Positions 9,596 to 19,853 of a stretch of 64,000 nt of DNA are shown in pieces. Numbering within the stretch: position 1 is the first letter of the stretch; every line of letters starts with the position of its first letter. Both the position numbers and the translations under genes were made by a program. Source of the DNA: an uncultured Cytophagia bacterium (GTDB taxonomy: Bacteria > Zhuqueibacterota > Zhuqueibacteria > Residuimicrobiales > Residuimicrobiaceae); NCBI GenBank assembly GCA_964541895.1, contig CAZISM010000002.1, forward strand, positions 74,408 to 138,407, written 5' to 3'. A model generated the notes under the pieces. It was not told the DNA's origin. It did not search any database and saw only the letters and a program-made list of their open reading frames with translations.

Positions 9596-10540
9596 ATGAA
9601 ATTGCAGAATTTCGAGTTGTTAAACGAAAAGATCAAAACCGCATTCAAAGAAATGAAAAAAAATCAGCCGGAAAGAATGAAAAAGCCTCTCAACCTTTCC
9701 TGGAGCAATTGGGGTTTTGGCCTGGAATCGTTGCAGGATTCCGCTCAGCGTTTGCAGAAAAACGGAATCCGCTTTATCGAGCTGCACGGCAATCATTATG
9801 GCCCCGATCTGGGATACCCGGCGGCGGAGACCTTGAAGATCCTGACGGATCACGGCATCCGGGTCGCCGGTGTGTGCGGCATGTTCTCTGCCGACAACGA
9901 TCTGTCCAGTAACCGGCCTATTCAACGCCAGGCGGCTATAGATTATTTGCGACGGGAACTTGATTTTTGTCAGGCTGTGGGCGCCGACTATTTGCTGGTA
10001 GCTCCCAGTGCGGTCGGTCGACCTGTCGCCTATGATGAAACGGAATTCGAGCGCAGTGTGGAGACCCTGCGGCTGGTGGCGGATCTGTTCGTGCAAAAAA
10101 ACATCAAAGCGGCCATTGAACCGATTCGTTCGGCCGAGGTGAGCATCATCCACACCATCGCTGATGCGAAAAAATATATCGCCGCGGTCGATCATCCGGG
10201 AATCCGTCACATCAATGGCGATGTCTACCACATGCAGGCCGAAGAATCCCATATCGGCCAGGCGATCCTGGAAGCGGGCGCCTTGCTTACCAACCTGCAC
10301 ATGGCCGACAGCAATCGCTGTGCTCTCGGCCTGGGTTCACTGGATCTGGACACCATCATCATGGCGCTCTATCTGGTCCACTATAACGAGGACGGCAAAT
10401 ATGTCACTCCGGAGCCGCTCGGTCCCGGCGGCGATCCCTACCCGGCGATGAACAACAAGCCTGACCAGCAGAGACTGGCCGACCTGGTGCGGCAAACGGC
10501 GCACTATTTCAACGAGCGCGAACAGGAATTGCTTGCCTGA
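9596..10540 (+). CDS. sugar phosphate isomerase/epimerase (xylose-isomerase-like TIM barrel family)
   Basis: ORF 9530..10540. The ATG at 9596 is preceded by AAGGAGG (9583-9590). The translation has the AP-endo-2/xylose-isomerase-like TIM-barrel pattern (IELHGNHY, LLVAPSAVG, AIEPIRSAE, LHMADSNR). Confidence 0.65.
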   Translation: MKLQNFELLNEKIKTAFKEMKKNQPERMKKPLNLSWSNWGFGLESLQDSAQRLQKNGIRFIELHGNHYGPDLGYPAAETLKILTDHGIRVAGVCGMFSADNDLSSNRPIQRQAAIDYLRRELDFCQAVGADYLLVAPSAVGRPVAYDETEFERSVETLRLVADLFVQKNIKAAIEPIRSAEVSIIHTIADAKKYIAAVDHPGIRHINGDVYHMQAEESHIGQAILEAGALLTNLHMADSNRCALGLGSLDLDTIIMALYLVHYNEDGKYVTPEPLGPGGDPYPAMNNKPDQQRLADLVRQTAHYFNEREQELLA

Positions 10541-10610
10541 TTAGCTATGATTTACTAATTTGCAGCACACAATGCCGCCTGGAGTGCACAACGACTGATG
10601 AGGTGATCAG

Positions 10611-11846
10611 ATGAATCTCAGAGAACGTTTTCATGAGGTGATGAACTTTAACCGGGATGTTCATTCCATCAAATGGGAATTCGGCTATTGGGGGGAAACC
10701 GTCAAGAACTGGTACCGGCAGGGTTTGCCTATGCAGGACTACCCGGTATTGGAAAAACAAATCACAACGCCCACCAGTTCATTGTACAGCCTGGCCTGGA
10801 ACTGCACCGGTTCGAAGGAGCTGCCCAACGGCATTGCCGTGACTGCCGGCGGACTCTACTGGCCCAGCCAGGGTTTTCCACTGGATCAGGATGTTCGCCG
10901 CCATTTTGCCATGGATTATACTCAGAGAGTCGTGGACGTCAATCTGCATTTTTGTCCCATGTTCGATCCGCAGGTGCTAGAGGAGGATGAAGAGCGATTT
11001 CTGCACATCGACCTCGACGGCGTCAAACGGGTGTTTATGAAAATCGAAGCTACCATACCCAGCGGTCTGGCGTGGCCGATCCGGGATAAAAAGTCCTGGG
11101 CGCAGCTCAAGGAAGAACGGCTGAACCTGAAAAACCTTTCGGATCGTTTTCCGAAAAATTGGCCCTCCTTGCTCAAGGAATACAAGTCCCGTGACTATCC
11201 CCTGGCTGTGGGCGGATACCCGCACGGTTTTTTCGGCACCCTGGCCCATTTGATCGGCTATGAAAATCTCTTTATCTGGTACGCCTCGGAAGCTGAATTT
11301 ATTCATGAGATCCTCGATACATTTACTGATATCTGGCTGGCCGTTTTTGAGCAGGTGATCTCACAGGTGGAAATCGACCACTGGCAGATATGGGAAGATA
11401 TATCCTTCGGCAAGGGTTGTATGATCTCGAACGATATGGTCAGGGAATACCTGTGTCCGTATATCAAACGCATTGCTGATTTCGTCAAAAGCAAAGGCGT
11501 GAACATCATCCTGCTGGATACCGATGGAGATTGCAACAGCATCATTCCTCTGTTCATTGAAGCCGGTGTGACCGGCATGTTTCCATTTGAAACCCATTGC
11601 GGCATGGATATTGTGCAAGTGCGTAAACAATATCCCAAACTGCAGATGTTGGGTGGAATCCCCAAGTCGGAAATTCAAAAGGGCCGGAAGCGTATCGATG
11701 AGATTCTGCAACCGGTCGAACAGGTGCTGCAGAGCGGCGGCTATGTGCCGTTCGGCGATCATCTGATTCCTCCGGATGTGGATTTTGACCATTTCAGCTA
11801 TTATCGGACTAAACTGAACGATATAATCGATCGCAGCGGCAAATAA
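10611..11846 (+). CDS. uroporphyrinogen-decarboxylase (URO-D) family protein, MtaA/MtvB-like methyltransferase type
   Basis: 411 aa. The C-terminal half (ILLDTDGDCNSIIPLFIEAGVTGMFPFE...GGIPKSEI...GGYVPFGDHLIPPDVD) follows the URO-D/MtaA-family TIM-barrel pattern. RBS GAGGTG upstream. Confidence 0.6.
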   Translation: MNLRERFHEVMNFNRDVHSIKWEFGYWGETVKNWYRQGLPMQDYPVLEKQITTPTSSLYSLAWNCTGSKELPNGIAVTAGGLYWPSQGFPLDQDVRRHFAMDYTQRVVDVNLHFCPMFDPQVLEEDEERFLHIDLDGVKRVFMKIEATIPSGLAWPIRDKKSWAQLKEERLNLKNLSDRFPKNWPSLLKEYKSRDYPLAVGGYPHGFFGTLAHLIGYENLFIWYASEAEFIHEILDTFTDIWLAVFEQVISQVEIDHWQIWEDISFGKGCMISNDMVREYLCPYIKRIADFVKSKGVNIILLDTDGDCNSIIPLFIEAGVTGMFPFETHCGMDIVQVRKQYPKLQMLGGIPKSEIQKGRKRIDEILQPVEQVLQSGGYVPFGDHLIPPDVDFDHFSYYRTKLNDIIDRSGK

Positions 11847-11943
11847 CCTCCGTCTGTTATCTTTTGCAAGTCCGTTGGCGCCGTCGTATTCCGGTACTGT
11901 ACTGCGACCAGCTCGGTTGACATGTTCCGATTATGGAGATAGT

Positions 11944-14085
11944 ATGTGGACCACCTTCCTTATCCTGCTCCTGCTGGCCCTGCCGGCCGCCGGTCAGGAT
12001 TCCTGTATTGTGATGGAGAATCAGGCCCTGCGCCTGCACATCGAAAAAGCGAACGGCGCCATAAGTTCCTTTTTCGTCAAAGCCAATCAATGTGAGCTGA
12101 TCGGTGAAAAGCGTCTGCAGGCCAACTTTCGTTTGCTGGTGCCGTTGCCCGACTACCAGGCCAACTATATCGATGGTATGCGGCAGAAACCTCCTCACGT
12201 GCAACAGGAGGGTCAAACCGTCACAGTCTGTTTTTCTTCTCTTTGCTCTGAAAAAGGCATCTTTCCCATCGATCTGAGCTATACCATCACCCTTGCTGAG
12301 GACCATGTCAGGTTCAAAGCCCGGCTTGTCAATCACGGCAGGGAGCCAGTGGCAGAATTCTGGTTTCCCCGCCTGGGCGGCTGGACATGGTTCGGCGACC
12401 GTGAGGCCAGGTTGGCCACGCCTCAATATTCCACCATGACCCGCCATTCCATATCCCTTTTTAAAAACTATCCCGGTCACAGAGGCCTGGGTGCTGAAGC
12501 GGCCGAATGGGCGCAAAACTACCCGGGCATGGTTATGCCCTGGTGGGAGTTGTACGATCAAAAATCCGACGTGGGTCTGTATCTGGGCTATCATGACCCG
12601 ATATTTCGAATCAGCAGCTGGCACACCTATCTCTGGCCGGATCATAGCGGCCGGCCGGATGGCTGGCTGGACAGGCGGGACAGTGGTGGCCTGCCGGTCG
12701 GTCTGGTCTTTTCTCATATCCGTTATCCGTTCATCCGGTCCGGGGAAGTGCTGGAATCGGGCGAATTCATCATTCGAGTGCACAGAGGCGACTGGCACCA
12801 AGGCTGCCAATATTACCGACAGTGGTTTTTACAGCATTTTCCGTTTGATCACTCCAGGAATTGGTTGCGCCACAAAAGCGCCTGGTTTACCTCCATCATT
12901 TATCAGCCGGAAGACAAGATCGTTGCCGATTACGCCACCTATGATCGCTGGTGCCATGAGGCCGCACGCTATGGCATAAGCTGCTACGAGCTGATCGGCT
13001 GGCAGAATGGAGGTCTGGAGCGAAATTATCCGGATTACCGGCCGGAAGAAAAACTGGGCGGACGGGAAGGCTTTCGCCGCCTGATGGCTTCTATCGAAGC
13101 CGGACAGGGCAAATGCCTGGCTTTTGTCAACTATAATATTCTCGACCAGAACACCGAGTGGTACAAAAGAGAGCTGCATCGCTACAAGCAACAGGACCAA
13201 TTCGGCCAGCAAAACATCTGGATGGGCTGGGGGGAAAGCACATTCCTGGCCCGCAGCGGTATGGACGTACGTTATCATGTGCGCAGCTCCGTCACGCCGG
13301 CATTTGAAAAATTGCTGGCGGATCAATTCCTTGAAATCATCAAAGAGGGCGCTCATGGGTTTCAAATCGATAAACTGTGCGTGGGGGCAGCCCTGGATTT
13401 TAACCCGATCAACACATTAAAACCGGATGTCGCATTGTGTGAAGGATTGGTGCAAGCCATTGCTCGACTGGAAAAACAGTGTAAAACCGTTGCAGCGGAT
13501 TTTTGCATGGCGTCCGAGTTCGCCTATGATCGATTGCTGCCGTTTTTTCCGGTCGGTTACCGAGGGTCATCCGGCCGTGACATATCCACGTTCCGCTACC
13601 TGTTTCCGGAATGGACCTCCTGCCAGCATGTGTCCAGGCCGCAGGATTTCAATCACATCAACCAGGCTGTGCGTACCGGCCAGGTGCTCTGTGTAGAACC
13701 TGAAACCTATCAGGGTTCGCTGCAACAGCCGCTGTACCGCGGACTGGCGAATTATATCAAAGAAGTTGAGCGCCTGCGAAACGAGTTGCACGATCTGATC
13801 TTTTATGCGCGTTACTTTGATGACCAGGGCGCTGAGGTGACGCTGCTAGGAGGTCGCGAAGGCGAGGTACTGCCGTTCGGTGTCCACGGTCATTTTAGTA
13901 AAGAGCAGCGGTCCATCGTGGTCCTTAATGATTCCCAGGAGACAAAGAACTATCGCTGGAAATTTACCCACACGCCGGTTCGTCAGGCCAGGCTGTATCA
14001 ACCCTTCACTCCATCCCGCCTGATCGATCCGGCCGACACTCTGGAGATTAAAGCGGAGGGATTGCATATTATCGTCGAACAATAA
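11944..14085 (+). CDS. hypothetical secreted protein (about 710 aa), family not recognised; probably glycan-active
   Basis: ORF 11875..14085. The internal ATG at 11944 starts a typical signal peptide MWTTFLILLLLALPAAGQ. Long, conserved-looking, Trp-rich sequence with no hallmark I can name. Confidence 0.4.
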   Translation: MWTTFLILLLLALPAAGQDSCIVMENQALRLHIEKANGAISSFFVKANQCELIGEKRLQANFRLLVPLPDYQANYIDGMRQKPPHVQQEGQTVTVCFSSLCSEKGIFPIDLSYTITLAEDHVRFKARLVNHGREPVAEFWFPRLGGWTWFGDREARLATPQYSTMTRHSISLFKNYPGHRGLGAEAAEWAQNYPGMVMPWWELYDQKSDVGLYLGYHDPIFRISSWHTYLWPDHSGRPDGWLDRRDSGGLPVGLVFSHIRYPFIRSGEVLESGEFIIRVHRGDWHQGCQYYRQWFLQHFPFDHSRNWLRHKSAWFTSIIYQPEDKIVADYATYDRWCHEAARYGISCYELIGWQNGGLERNYPDYRPEEKLGGREGFRRLMASIEAGQGKCLAFVNYNILDQNTEWYKRELHRYKQQDQFGQQNIWMGWGESTFLARSGMDVRYHVRSSVTPAFEKLLADQFLEIIKEGAHGFQIDKLCVGAALDFNPINTLKPDVALCEGLVQAIARLEKQCKTVAADFCMASEFAYDRLLPFFPVGYRGSSGRDISTFRYLFPEWTSCQHVSRPQDFNHINQAVRTGQVLCVEPETYQGSLQQPLYRGLANYIKEVERLRNELHDLIFYARYFDDQGAEVTLLGGREGEVLPFGVHGHFSKEQRSIVVLNDSQETKNYRWKFTHTPVRQARLYQPFTPSRLIDPADTLEIKAEGLHIIVEQ

Positions 14086-14101
14086 CTCGCATCCCTGATT
14101 C

Positions 14102-15472
14102 ATGATCCATAACCCACAGGACAGGTTGATGAAACTCTCTCTGATTCTTATTTGCTTTGTCGCCGCCATCGGCGGATTTCTTTTTGGGTTCGACACATCG
14201 GTCATTTCCGGTGCCATAGAGTTCATTGAAACGCCGCAAGTCTTTGATCTGGACGAAGTCGCCAAAGGGTGGGCGGTCAGCTGCATCATCATCGGCTGTA
14301 TGCTGGGTTGTGTGCTGGCCGGCAAGCCCAGCTATCTCTTTGGCAGAAAACGGATGCTGATGTTCACAGCCTTTATGTTTTTCGTGTCCACGCTTGGCTG
14401 CAGTCTGGCCAACAGCTATACCGCTTTTATCATCTACCGCATTCTCGCCGGAGTGGCTGTGGGCTCGGCTTCCATGCTGGCACCCATGTATATTTCGGAA
14501 ATTACGCCGCCGGAGTGGCGTGGACGCATGGTATCCTTCAATCAACTGGCCACGTTCACCGGTCAGGCGCTGGCGTTCGTCAGCAACAATTTTCTCTATC
14601 AGGTCGGCGGTGTCGATAACTGGCGTTACATGCTGGGCATCATGCTGCTTCCTTCGGGTTTGTTCTTTATTTTGCTGTTTTTTGTTCCCGAGAGCCCGCG
14701 TTGGCTGGTAATCAAAAAGCGCCGGCATGAGGCCTTGGGCATTCTGGTAAGAATGAACGGCCGTGCGCGCGCCGAAACTGAACTGCAGGATATTGTCAAC
14801 TCGGTCGAGCATGTGGTTCTGGGTCAATTCAGGGAATTGTTCAGGGGGAAAATGCGTAGAATACTATTCATCGGTATTCTCCTCGCCATATTTCAACAGG
14901 TCACCGGCATCAATGTGATCATGTATTATGCCCCGGCCATTTTTAAATCAACGGGCGTGGGCAATGAATCGGCTCTGTTTCAGACTATGATCATGGGCAC
15001 GGTCAATCTCACCTTTACGGTTATTTCCATACTTCTCATCGAACGGCTGGGTCGCAAACTTTTAATGCTCATCGGCTCTGTCGGCATGGGCCTGTTTCTC
15101 ATGGCCATCTCTGTTGCCTATTTTACCGGCCATTTTCAAGGTTATCTGGTGTTGGTGTGCATCATGGGTTATTTGGCTTTCTTTGCTCTTTCTTTGGGGC
15201 CAGTCGTCTGGGTGCTCATAGGCGAGATTTTTCCCAATCGACTGCGCAGCCATGCTGTGGCGGTCTCTGTCTTTTGCCTGTGGGCTGCAAATTTTGTCGT
15301 CTCGTTCTCTTTTCCGATCCTCCTGAAACGGTTGCAGGGTGGATTCACATTTCTCATTTACGCGGTCATGTGCATATTCTGCTTCTTGTTTGTCTACAAG
15401 TACCTCAAGGAGACCAAAGGTAAAAGCCTGGAGCAGATCGAAAGGGATCTTGTGGGGGAGGAAATCCTGTGA
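14102..15472 (+). CDS. MFS sugar porter (XylE/GalP/AraE-like sugar:H+ symporter)
   Basis: 456 aa, 12 predicted TM segments. Sugar-porter signatures GFDTSVISGA, GRKRMLMF, PMYISEITPPEWRG, PESPRWL and ETKGKSLEQIE at the C-terminus. An alternative start is at 14129. Confidence 0.8.
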   Translation: MIHNPQDRLMKLSLILICFVAAIGGFLFGFDTSVISGAIEFIETPQVFDLDEVAKGWAVSCIIIGCMLGCVLAGKPSYLFGRKRMLMFTAFMFFVSTLGCSLANSYTAFIIYRILAGVAVGSASMLAPMYISEITPPEWRGRMVSFNQLATFTGQALAFVSNNFLYQVGGVDNWRYMLGIMLLPSGLFFILLFFVPESPRWLVIKKRRHEALGILVRMNGRARAETELQDIVNSVEHVVLGQFRELFRGKMRRILFIGILLAIFQQVTGINVIMYYAPAIFKSTGVGNESALFQTMIMGTVNLTFTVISILLIERLGRKLLMLIGSVGMGLFLMAISVAYFTGHFQGYLVLVCIMGYLAFFALSLGPVVWVLIGEIFPNRLRSHAVAVSVFCLWAANFVVSFSFPILLKRLQGGFTFLIYAVMCIFCFLFVYKYLKETKGKSLEQIERDLVGEEIL

Positions 15473-16206
15473 AAGCGTTAAGCCGCTTCAAGAGGGTGCT
15501 GTTGTTCGGCCTGCTGGTCAGTGCGCTGTCGGCCCCGGCGTCCATGGGGCAAACCGGCGTCCAGCGGTACATGTACCGCAGTGTAGTGAAAAAGAGCAAA
15601 ACGGATCTGCAGTCTGTTTTGGATCAGCAAAAGACAAATCTGGAGCACAAGAAGGCGGATGGACATTTGTTGACCTGTGCTCTCTTTGCACATGAAGGAA
15701 ATCTGTTTTTATATTATGAAACGGTGGACCGGGAGATGCGGCCGTCCGAAGTATTGCCCAATCTGAACAGATATTTGCAGCAGTGGCCCGGAGAGGAAAA
15801 TGAAAAGCATTGGACGCCGATGGTCGATATTTTTCACGGCAGCGTCCCTGTCGATGTGACGCACTGGCGTCGTACCGGGTCTGTCGGGAAACGGGTCGGT
15901 CGCCTGGGCAGGCCCTGGCCGGACCAGGTGGCCAGTTATATTTACTATCATTATCAGCTGCAGGAAGAACGACCGGCCAATATGCGCACCGGAAAATATA
16001 CGCTGATCGGTTTTGATCAACCATTTATATTTTATTATGGTGAGGAAGGATCCTCTGCTGATACGCTCCTGGTCCCGCGCAAGTTAACGACACACAACAC
16101 CCCGGCCAATTGGGATCTCTGGCAGGCCATTATGCGTCCGCATTTCAAGCCCTGGCCGGAACCGTTTGATTTTTTACGGCCGATGTCCTGTGTGCTGGAA
16201 TTGTGA
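15469..16206 (+). CDS. hypothetical exported protein; GTG start overlaps the MFS stop (gtGA)
   Basis: 245 aa with signal peptide MKALSRFKRVLLFGLLVSALSAPASMG. Weak resemblance of NLFLYYETVD...WDLWQAIMRP to RhaM-type mutarotase folds. Not confidently assigned. Confidence 0.35.
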   Translation: MKALSRFKRVLLFGLLVSALSAPASMGQTGVQRYMYRSVVKKSKTDLQSVLDQQKTNLEHKKADGHLLTCALFAHEGNLFLYYETVDREMRPSEVLPNLNRYLQQWPGEENEKHWTPMVDIFHGSVPVDVTHWRRTGSVGKRVGRLGRPWPDQVASYIYYHYQLQEERPANMRTGKYTLIGFDQPFIFYYGEEGSSADTLLVPRKLTTHNTPANWDLWQAIMRPHFKPWPEPFDFLRPMSCVLEL

Positions 16207-16360
16207 GACTTGGATTCAGCCATGCGGCCGGCGACCGATCCCGGCTGTTGGTGTCATAAGACGGTGCCAGGGCATGCGGCTCCTCACACCTCCAGTTCAG
16301 TTGGAGTGGGCCGAATGAGTTAGACCGGGTGGAAATGTTAGCCAGTTCGCTGTATCAGGA

Positions 16361-17287
16361 TTGAACGGAGCAAAGATGAAAAAGTACTCGATCTATGCCG
16401 CTTTTATCTTCCTGGTTTTCATACTTTGGTTTATCTCGCCGGCTTTTCTGACCCCGGCCAATTTGCTCAACGTGTTGCGGCAGATTTCCATTAACGGTAT
16501 TCTTGCCGTAGGCATGACCTTTGTCATCATAAGCGGCGGCATCGATCTCTCCGTGGGCTCGATTCTGGCTCTGGCGTCAGTGATCTCTTGCAGCCTGGCT
16601 CGTGTGGATTCTCCGCCCCTGCTGGTAGCCCTTGCGGCCGGCGTGCTGACCGGGCTGGCCTGCGGAATGGTCAATGGCTGGATCATCTCCCGCTGGAAGG
16701 TGGCGCCTTTCATCGTCACCCTGGCTATGATGACGGCCGCGCGGGGATTGACGCTGGTCTACAGCAGCGGGCGGCCGATTGTCGGCCTGAACGAAGCGTT
16801 TAAAAAAATTGGTGGTGGCTATCTGCTGGGGATTCCCACGCCCATCTACATCCTGTTGTTCACCGTAATCGCCGGCTTTTTTTTATTGCATTATACCGCC
16901 TTTGGCCGCCATGTGTACGCTGTCGGCGGTAATGAGGAAGCGGCGCGTCTGTCCGGTCTGCAAATCCGCCGGATCAAATTGGCCGTATACGCATTATCTG
17001 GAGCGGCCGCCAGCCTGGCCGGCATGGTGCTCTCCTCGCGGATCATGGCCGGCTCGCCCTCGGTAGGCCAGGGCTATGAGCTCGATGCCATCGCCGCCGT
17101 GGTTATCGGCGGCACCAGTTTGTCGGGCGGTACCGGAACCCTGTTCGGGACAGTGGCCGGAGCCCTGATCATCGGCGTAATGAACAATGGTCTGGATTTG
17201 CTGAATGTTTCTTCTTATTATCAGCAAATCATAAAAGGTGTAATCATTGTCGCGGCGGTGCTGCTGGAACGGAAGGGAAGAGCATGA
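16361..17287 (+). CDS. ABC sugar transporter permease (RbsC/XylH-type, branched-chain permease fold)
   Basis: 308 aa, multi-TM. Conserved GGIDLSVGSILALASV and TLVYSSGRPI-type motifs of ribose/xylose ABC permeases. Probable true start at MKKYS (16376). Confidence 0.8.
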   Translation: MNGAKMKKYSIYAAFIFLVFILWFISPAFLTPANLLNVLRQISINGILAVGMTFVIISGGIDLSVGSILALASVISCSLARVDSPPLLVALAAGVLTGLACGMVNGWIISRWKVAPFIVTLAMMTAARGLTLVYSSGRPIVGLNEAFKKIGGGYLLGIPTPIYILLFTVIAGFFLLHYTAFGRHVYAVGGNEEAARLSGLQIRRIKLAVYALSGAAASLAGMVLSSRIMAGSPSVGQGYELDAIAAVVIGGTSLSGGTGTLFGTVAGALIIGVMNNGLDLLNVSSYYQQIIKGVIIVAAVLLERKGRA

Positions 17288-18207
17288 ACATGCGGCCTTT
17301 GTTGCTGTGGCTGATTGTGACCGCCGGGTTGCATCTCTCCTGTAAAGGGAAATCGTTTCGCTATACGTTTGGCGTATCGTATCAAAACGTGCAGAACGAA
17401 TTCATCATCAATATTCAGGACGCCCTGCGTGCAAAAGCCGAAGAGCTGAACATTCGCATTATCGAAGCCGACGGTCAGGGCCGCGCTGAGCAGCAGATCA
17501 GTCAGGTAGAAAATTTTATCGTACAGCGCGTGGATGCGATCATTCTCAATCCTTTTGACCGCTATAGCTGTGTGCCGATCGTCGACCAGGCCGCTGCCGC
17601 CGGCGTGCCTATCGTGGTGGTTAACGCCCAGGTCGATAATCTGCAGAAAGCCTCTGCCTATGTGGGGTCCGATGACCGCGAAGCCGGCCGTATCGAAATG
17701 CAATATATCGCCGACCTGCTGCAGGGCAAGGGACAAATCGTGATCATTCACGGACCTAACGGCCATTCTGCTGAAATCAACAGGACGCAGGGCAATTATG
17801 ATATTCTCGCCAAATACCCGGGCATGAACGTGGTAGCGGAACAGACCGCCAACTGGGACCGCGCCCAGGCCATGACGTTGATGGAAAACTGGCTGCAGGG
17901 CGGAAAAAAAATTGATGCGGTGGTGGCGCAAAATGATGAAATGGCTCTGGGCGCCTGCAAAGCCATAGAAGCGGCCGGCAAGCAAAAAGAGATACTATGC
18001 ATCGGTATCGATGCTATCGCCGATGCGCTGCAGGCTGTTAAAGACGGCAAGCTGGCAGCAACCGTGTTTCAGGATGCCAAGGGTCAGGGGGCCGGCGCCG
18101 TGCAGGTGGCTCTGGACATAGTGCAGGGGAAGGCCGTTCCGCATATGAATTACATACCTTTTCAGCTGATCACAAAAGAGCATCTGCAGCCAGGAGCCGG
18201 CCGATGA
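17284..18207 (+). CDS. sugar ABC transporter periplasmic substrate-binding lipoprotein (PBP type I, RbsB-like)
   Basis: 307 aa. Lipoprotein-type signal (LHLSCKG). The pattern [13 protein letters not shown]...[11 protein letters not shown]...[11 protein letters not shown] is typical of ribose/galactose-binding proteins. 4-nt overlap with the permease. Confidence 0.75.
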   Translation: MNMRPLLLWLIVTAGLHLSCKGKSFRYTFGVSYQNVQNEFIINIQDALRAKAEELNIRIIEADGQGRAEQQISQVENFIVQRVDAIILNPFDRYSCVPIVDQAAAAGVPIVVVNAQVDNLQKASAYVGSDDREAGRIEMQYIADLLQGKGQIVIIHGPNGHSAEINRTQGNYDILAKYPGMNVVAEQTANWDRAQAMTLMENWLQGGKKIDAVVAQNDEMALGACKAIEAAGKQKEILCIGIDAIADALQAVKDGKLAATVFQDAKGQGAGAVQVALDIVQGKAVPHMNYIPFQLITKEHLQPGAGR

Positions 18208-19781
18208 ACAGAAGAACATTCCTCCGACGGGCAGGCCAAGGTTTGGCAGGGCTGACGATGACGACCTCGTTGACACACTGCAGCAAAAACAATGTACGTC
18301 CCAATATTCTGATTTGCCTCGCTGATGATCAGTCGTTTCCCCATGCCGGCGCTTATGGCTGCCGATGGGTGCACACGCCTGGCTTTGATCGTGTGGCTCG
18401 CGAAGGCGTGTTGTTCAGCAAAGCGTACACACCCAATGCCAAATGCGCACCCTCCCGCGCCTGCCTGCTCACCGGCCGCAATTCCTGGCAACTGGAAGCG
18501 GCTGCGAACCATGTGTGCTTTTTCCCTGACCAGTTTACCACCTTTTGTGAAGCTTTGGCGGGTAACGGCTATTTCGTCGGCCATACCATGAAAGGATGGG
18601 CTCCAGGTGTTGTCGGCGACAGAAACGGACATACGCGTCAACTGACCGGGGCGCCCTTTAACCGGAAGAAAACCAGCCCGCCGGCGCGGCATATGGCAGA
18701 CAATGATTATGCCGGCAATTTGGCTGATTTTTTGCAGGCCCGTCCGAACAGGCAACCGTTCTGTTTCTGGTTCGGCAGCGTTGAACCGCACCGTCCCTAT
18801 GAATACAAGGCTGGAATAACAAAAACCGGAAAAACCACGGCCATGATCGACGATGTACCGGGCTTTTGGCCGGACCATGAAACGGTTCGCAGCGATATGC
18901 TGGATTATGCATTTGAAATCGAATATTTCGATCAGCATGTACAAAAGATGCTGCAGATCCTGCAGGATCAGGGGGAACTGGATAATACCCTGGTGGTGGT
19001 GACCTCTGACCATGGCATGCCGTTCCCCAGGGCCAAAGGTCAGGAGTATGAATATTCCAATCACGTGCCCCTCGCCATGATGTGGAAAAATGGCATTAAA
19101 CATCCTGGCCGGCAGGTCGATGATTTTGTCAGTTTCATCGATCTGGCTCCGACGTTTTTGGAATTGGCTAAAATAGACAAAGCGGCCAGCGGTATGCAGC
19201 CCATACAAGGTACCAGTCTGTGCGATCTGCTCTACCACAGCAAGACCGCAACGTCCCGCGACCATGTGCTCATCGGCAAAGAACGTCATGATGTGGGCCG
19301 GCCGCACGATCAGGGTTATCCCATTCGCGGGATTTTTAAGGGCGATTATCTGTATCTCCACAATTTCGAGATCGACCGCTGGCCGGCCGGCGACCCGGAA
19401 ACCGGATACCTTAACTGCGACGGCAGTCCGACGAAAACTGCTGTCATTCAAGCCAGAAAAAATCCGCAGCTGCACCAATACTGGCAGCTCGCTTTTGGCA
19501 AACGACCCCGCGAAGAGCTTTATGACCTAAAGAACGATCGCGACTGTATCCATAATCTGGTTGGTTCGGCAGAGCTGCGGTCGTTGCACCAGCAGCTGCG
19601 GCAGCAGCTCTTTGCTGAATTAACAGCGCAAAAAGATCCACGTATGTTCGGACAGGGTCACCTGTTTGATGATTATCCCTATGCAGATCCGGCCGTCCGC
19701 GGTTTTTATGAACGATATCACCAGGGTGAAAAAATGAATGCGGCCTGGATCCAGCCGTCTGATTATGATCCGCTGGATTGA
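18204..19781 (+). CDS. sulfatase (Cys-type, formylglycine-dependent) with twin-arginine signal
   Basis: 525 aa. Tat motif [12 protein letters not shown]-terminal sulfatase signature [13 protein letters not shown]...[12 protein letters not shown] (C-x-P-x-R). GLD/HGMPF metal-site motifs ([10 protein letters not shown]). ATGA overlap with the upstream gene. Confidence 0.85.
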   Translation: MNRRTFLRRAGQGLAGLTMTTSLTHCSKNNVRPNILICLADDQSFPHAGAYGCRWVHTPGFDRVAREGVLFSKAYTPNAKCAPSRACLLTGRNSWQLEAAANHVCFFPDQFTTFCEALAGNGYFVGHTMKGWAPGVVGDRNGHTRQLTGAPFNRKKTSPPARHMADNDYAGNLADFLQARPNRQPFCFWFGSVEPHRPYEYKAGITKTGKTTAMIDDVPGFWPDHETVRSDMLDYAFEIEYFDQHVQKMLQILQDQGELDNTLVVVTSDHGMPFPRAKGQEYEYSNHVPLAMMWKNGIKHPGRQVDDFVSFIDLAPTFLELAKIDKAASGMQPIQGTSLCDLLYHSKTATSRDHVLIGKERHDVGRPHDQGYPIRGIFKGDYLYLHNFEIDRWPAGDPETGYLNCDGSPTKTAVIQARKNPQLHQYWQLAFGKRPREELYDLKNDRDCIHNLVGSAELRSLHQQLRQQLFAELTAQKDPRMFGQGHLFDDYPYADPAVRGFYERYHQGEKMNAAWIQPSDYDPLD

Positions 19782-19853
19782 AGAGTTGGCGTTGACGGTG
19801 TACGGCCAGAGCGTAAACCTGAAAAACCCACCACAAAATGAAGGCAAGCGAGT

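Noticed and set aside
18162-19478. 438-aa minus-strand ORF
   Set aside because: Antisense to the Tat-sulfatase, which carries all the sulfatase signatures.
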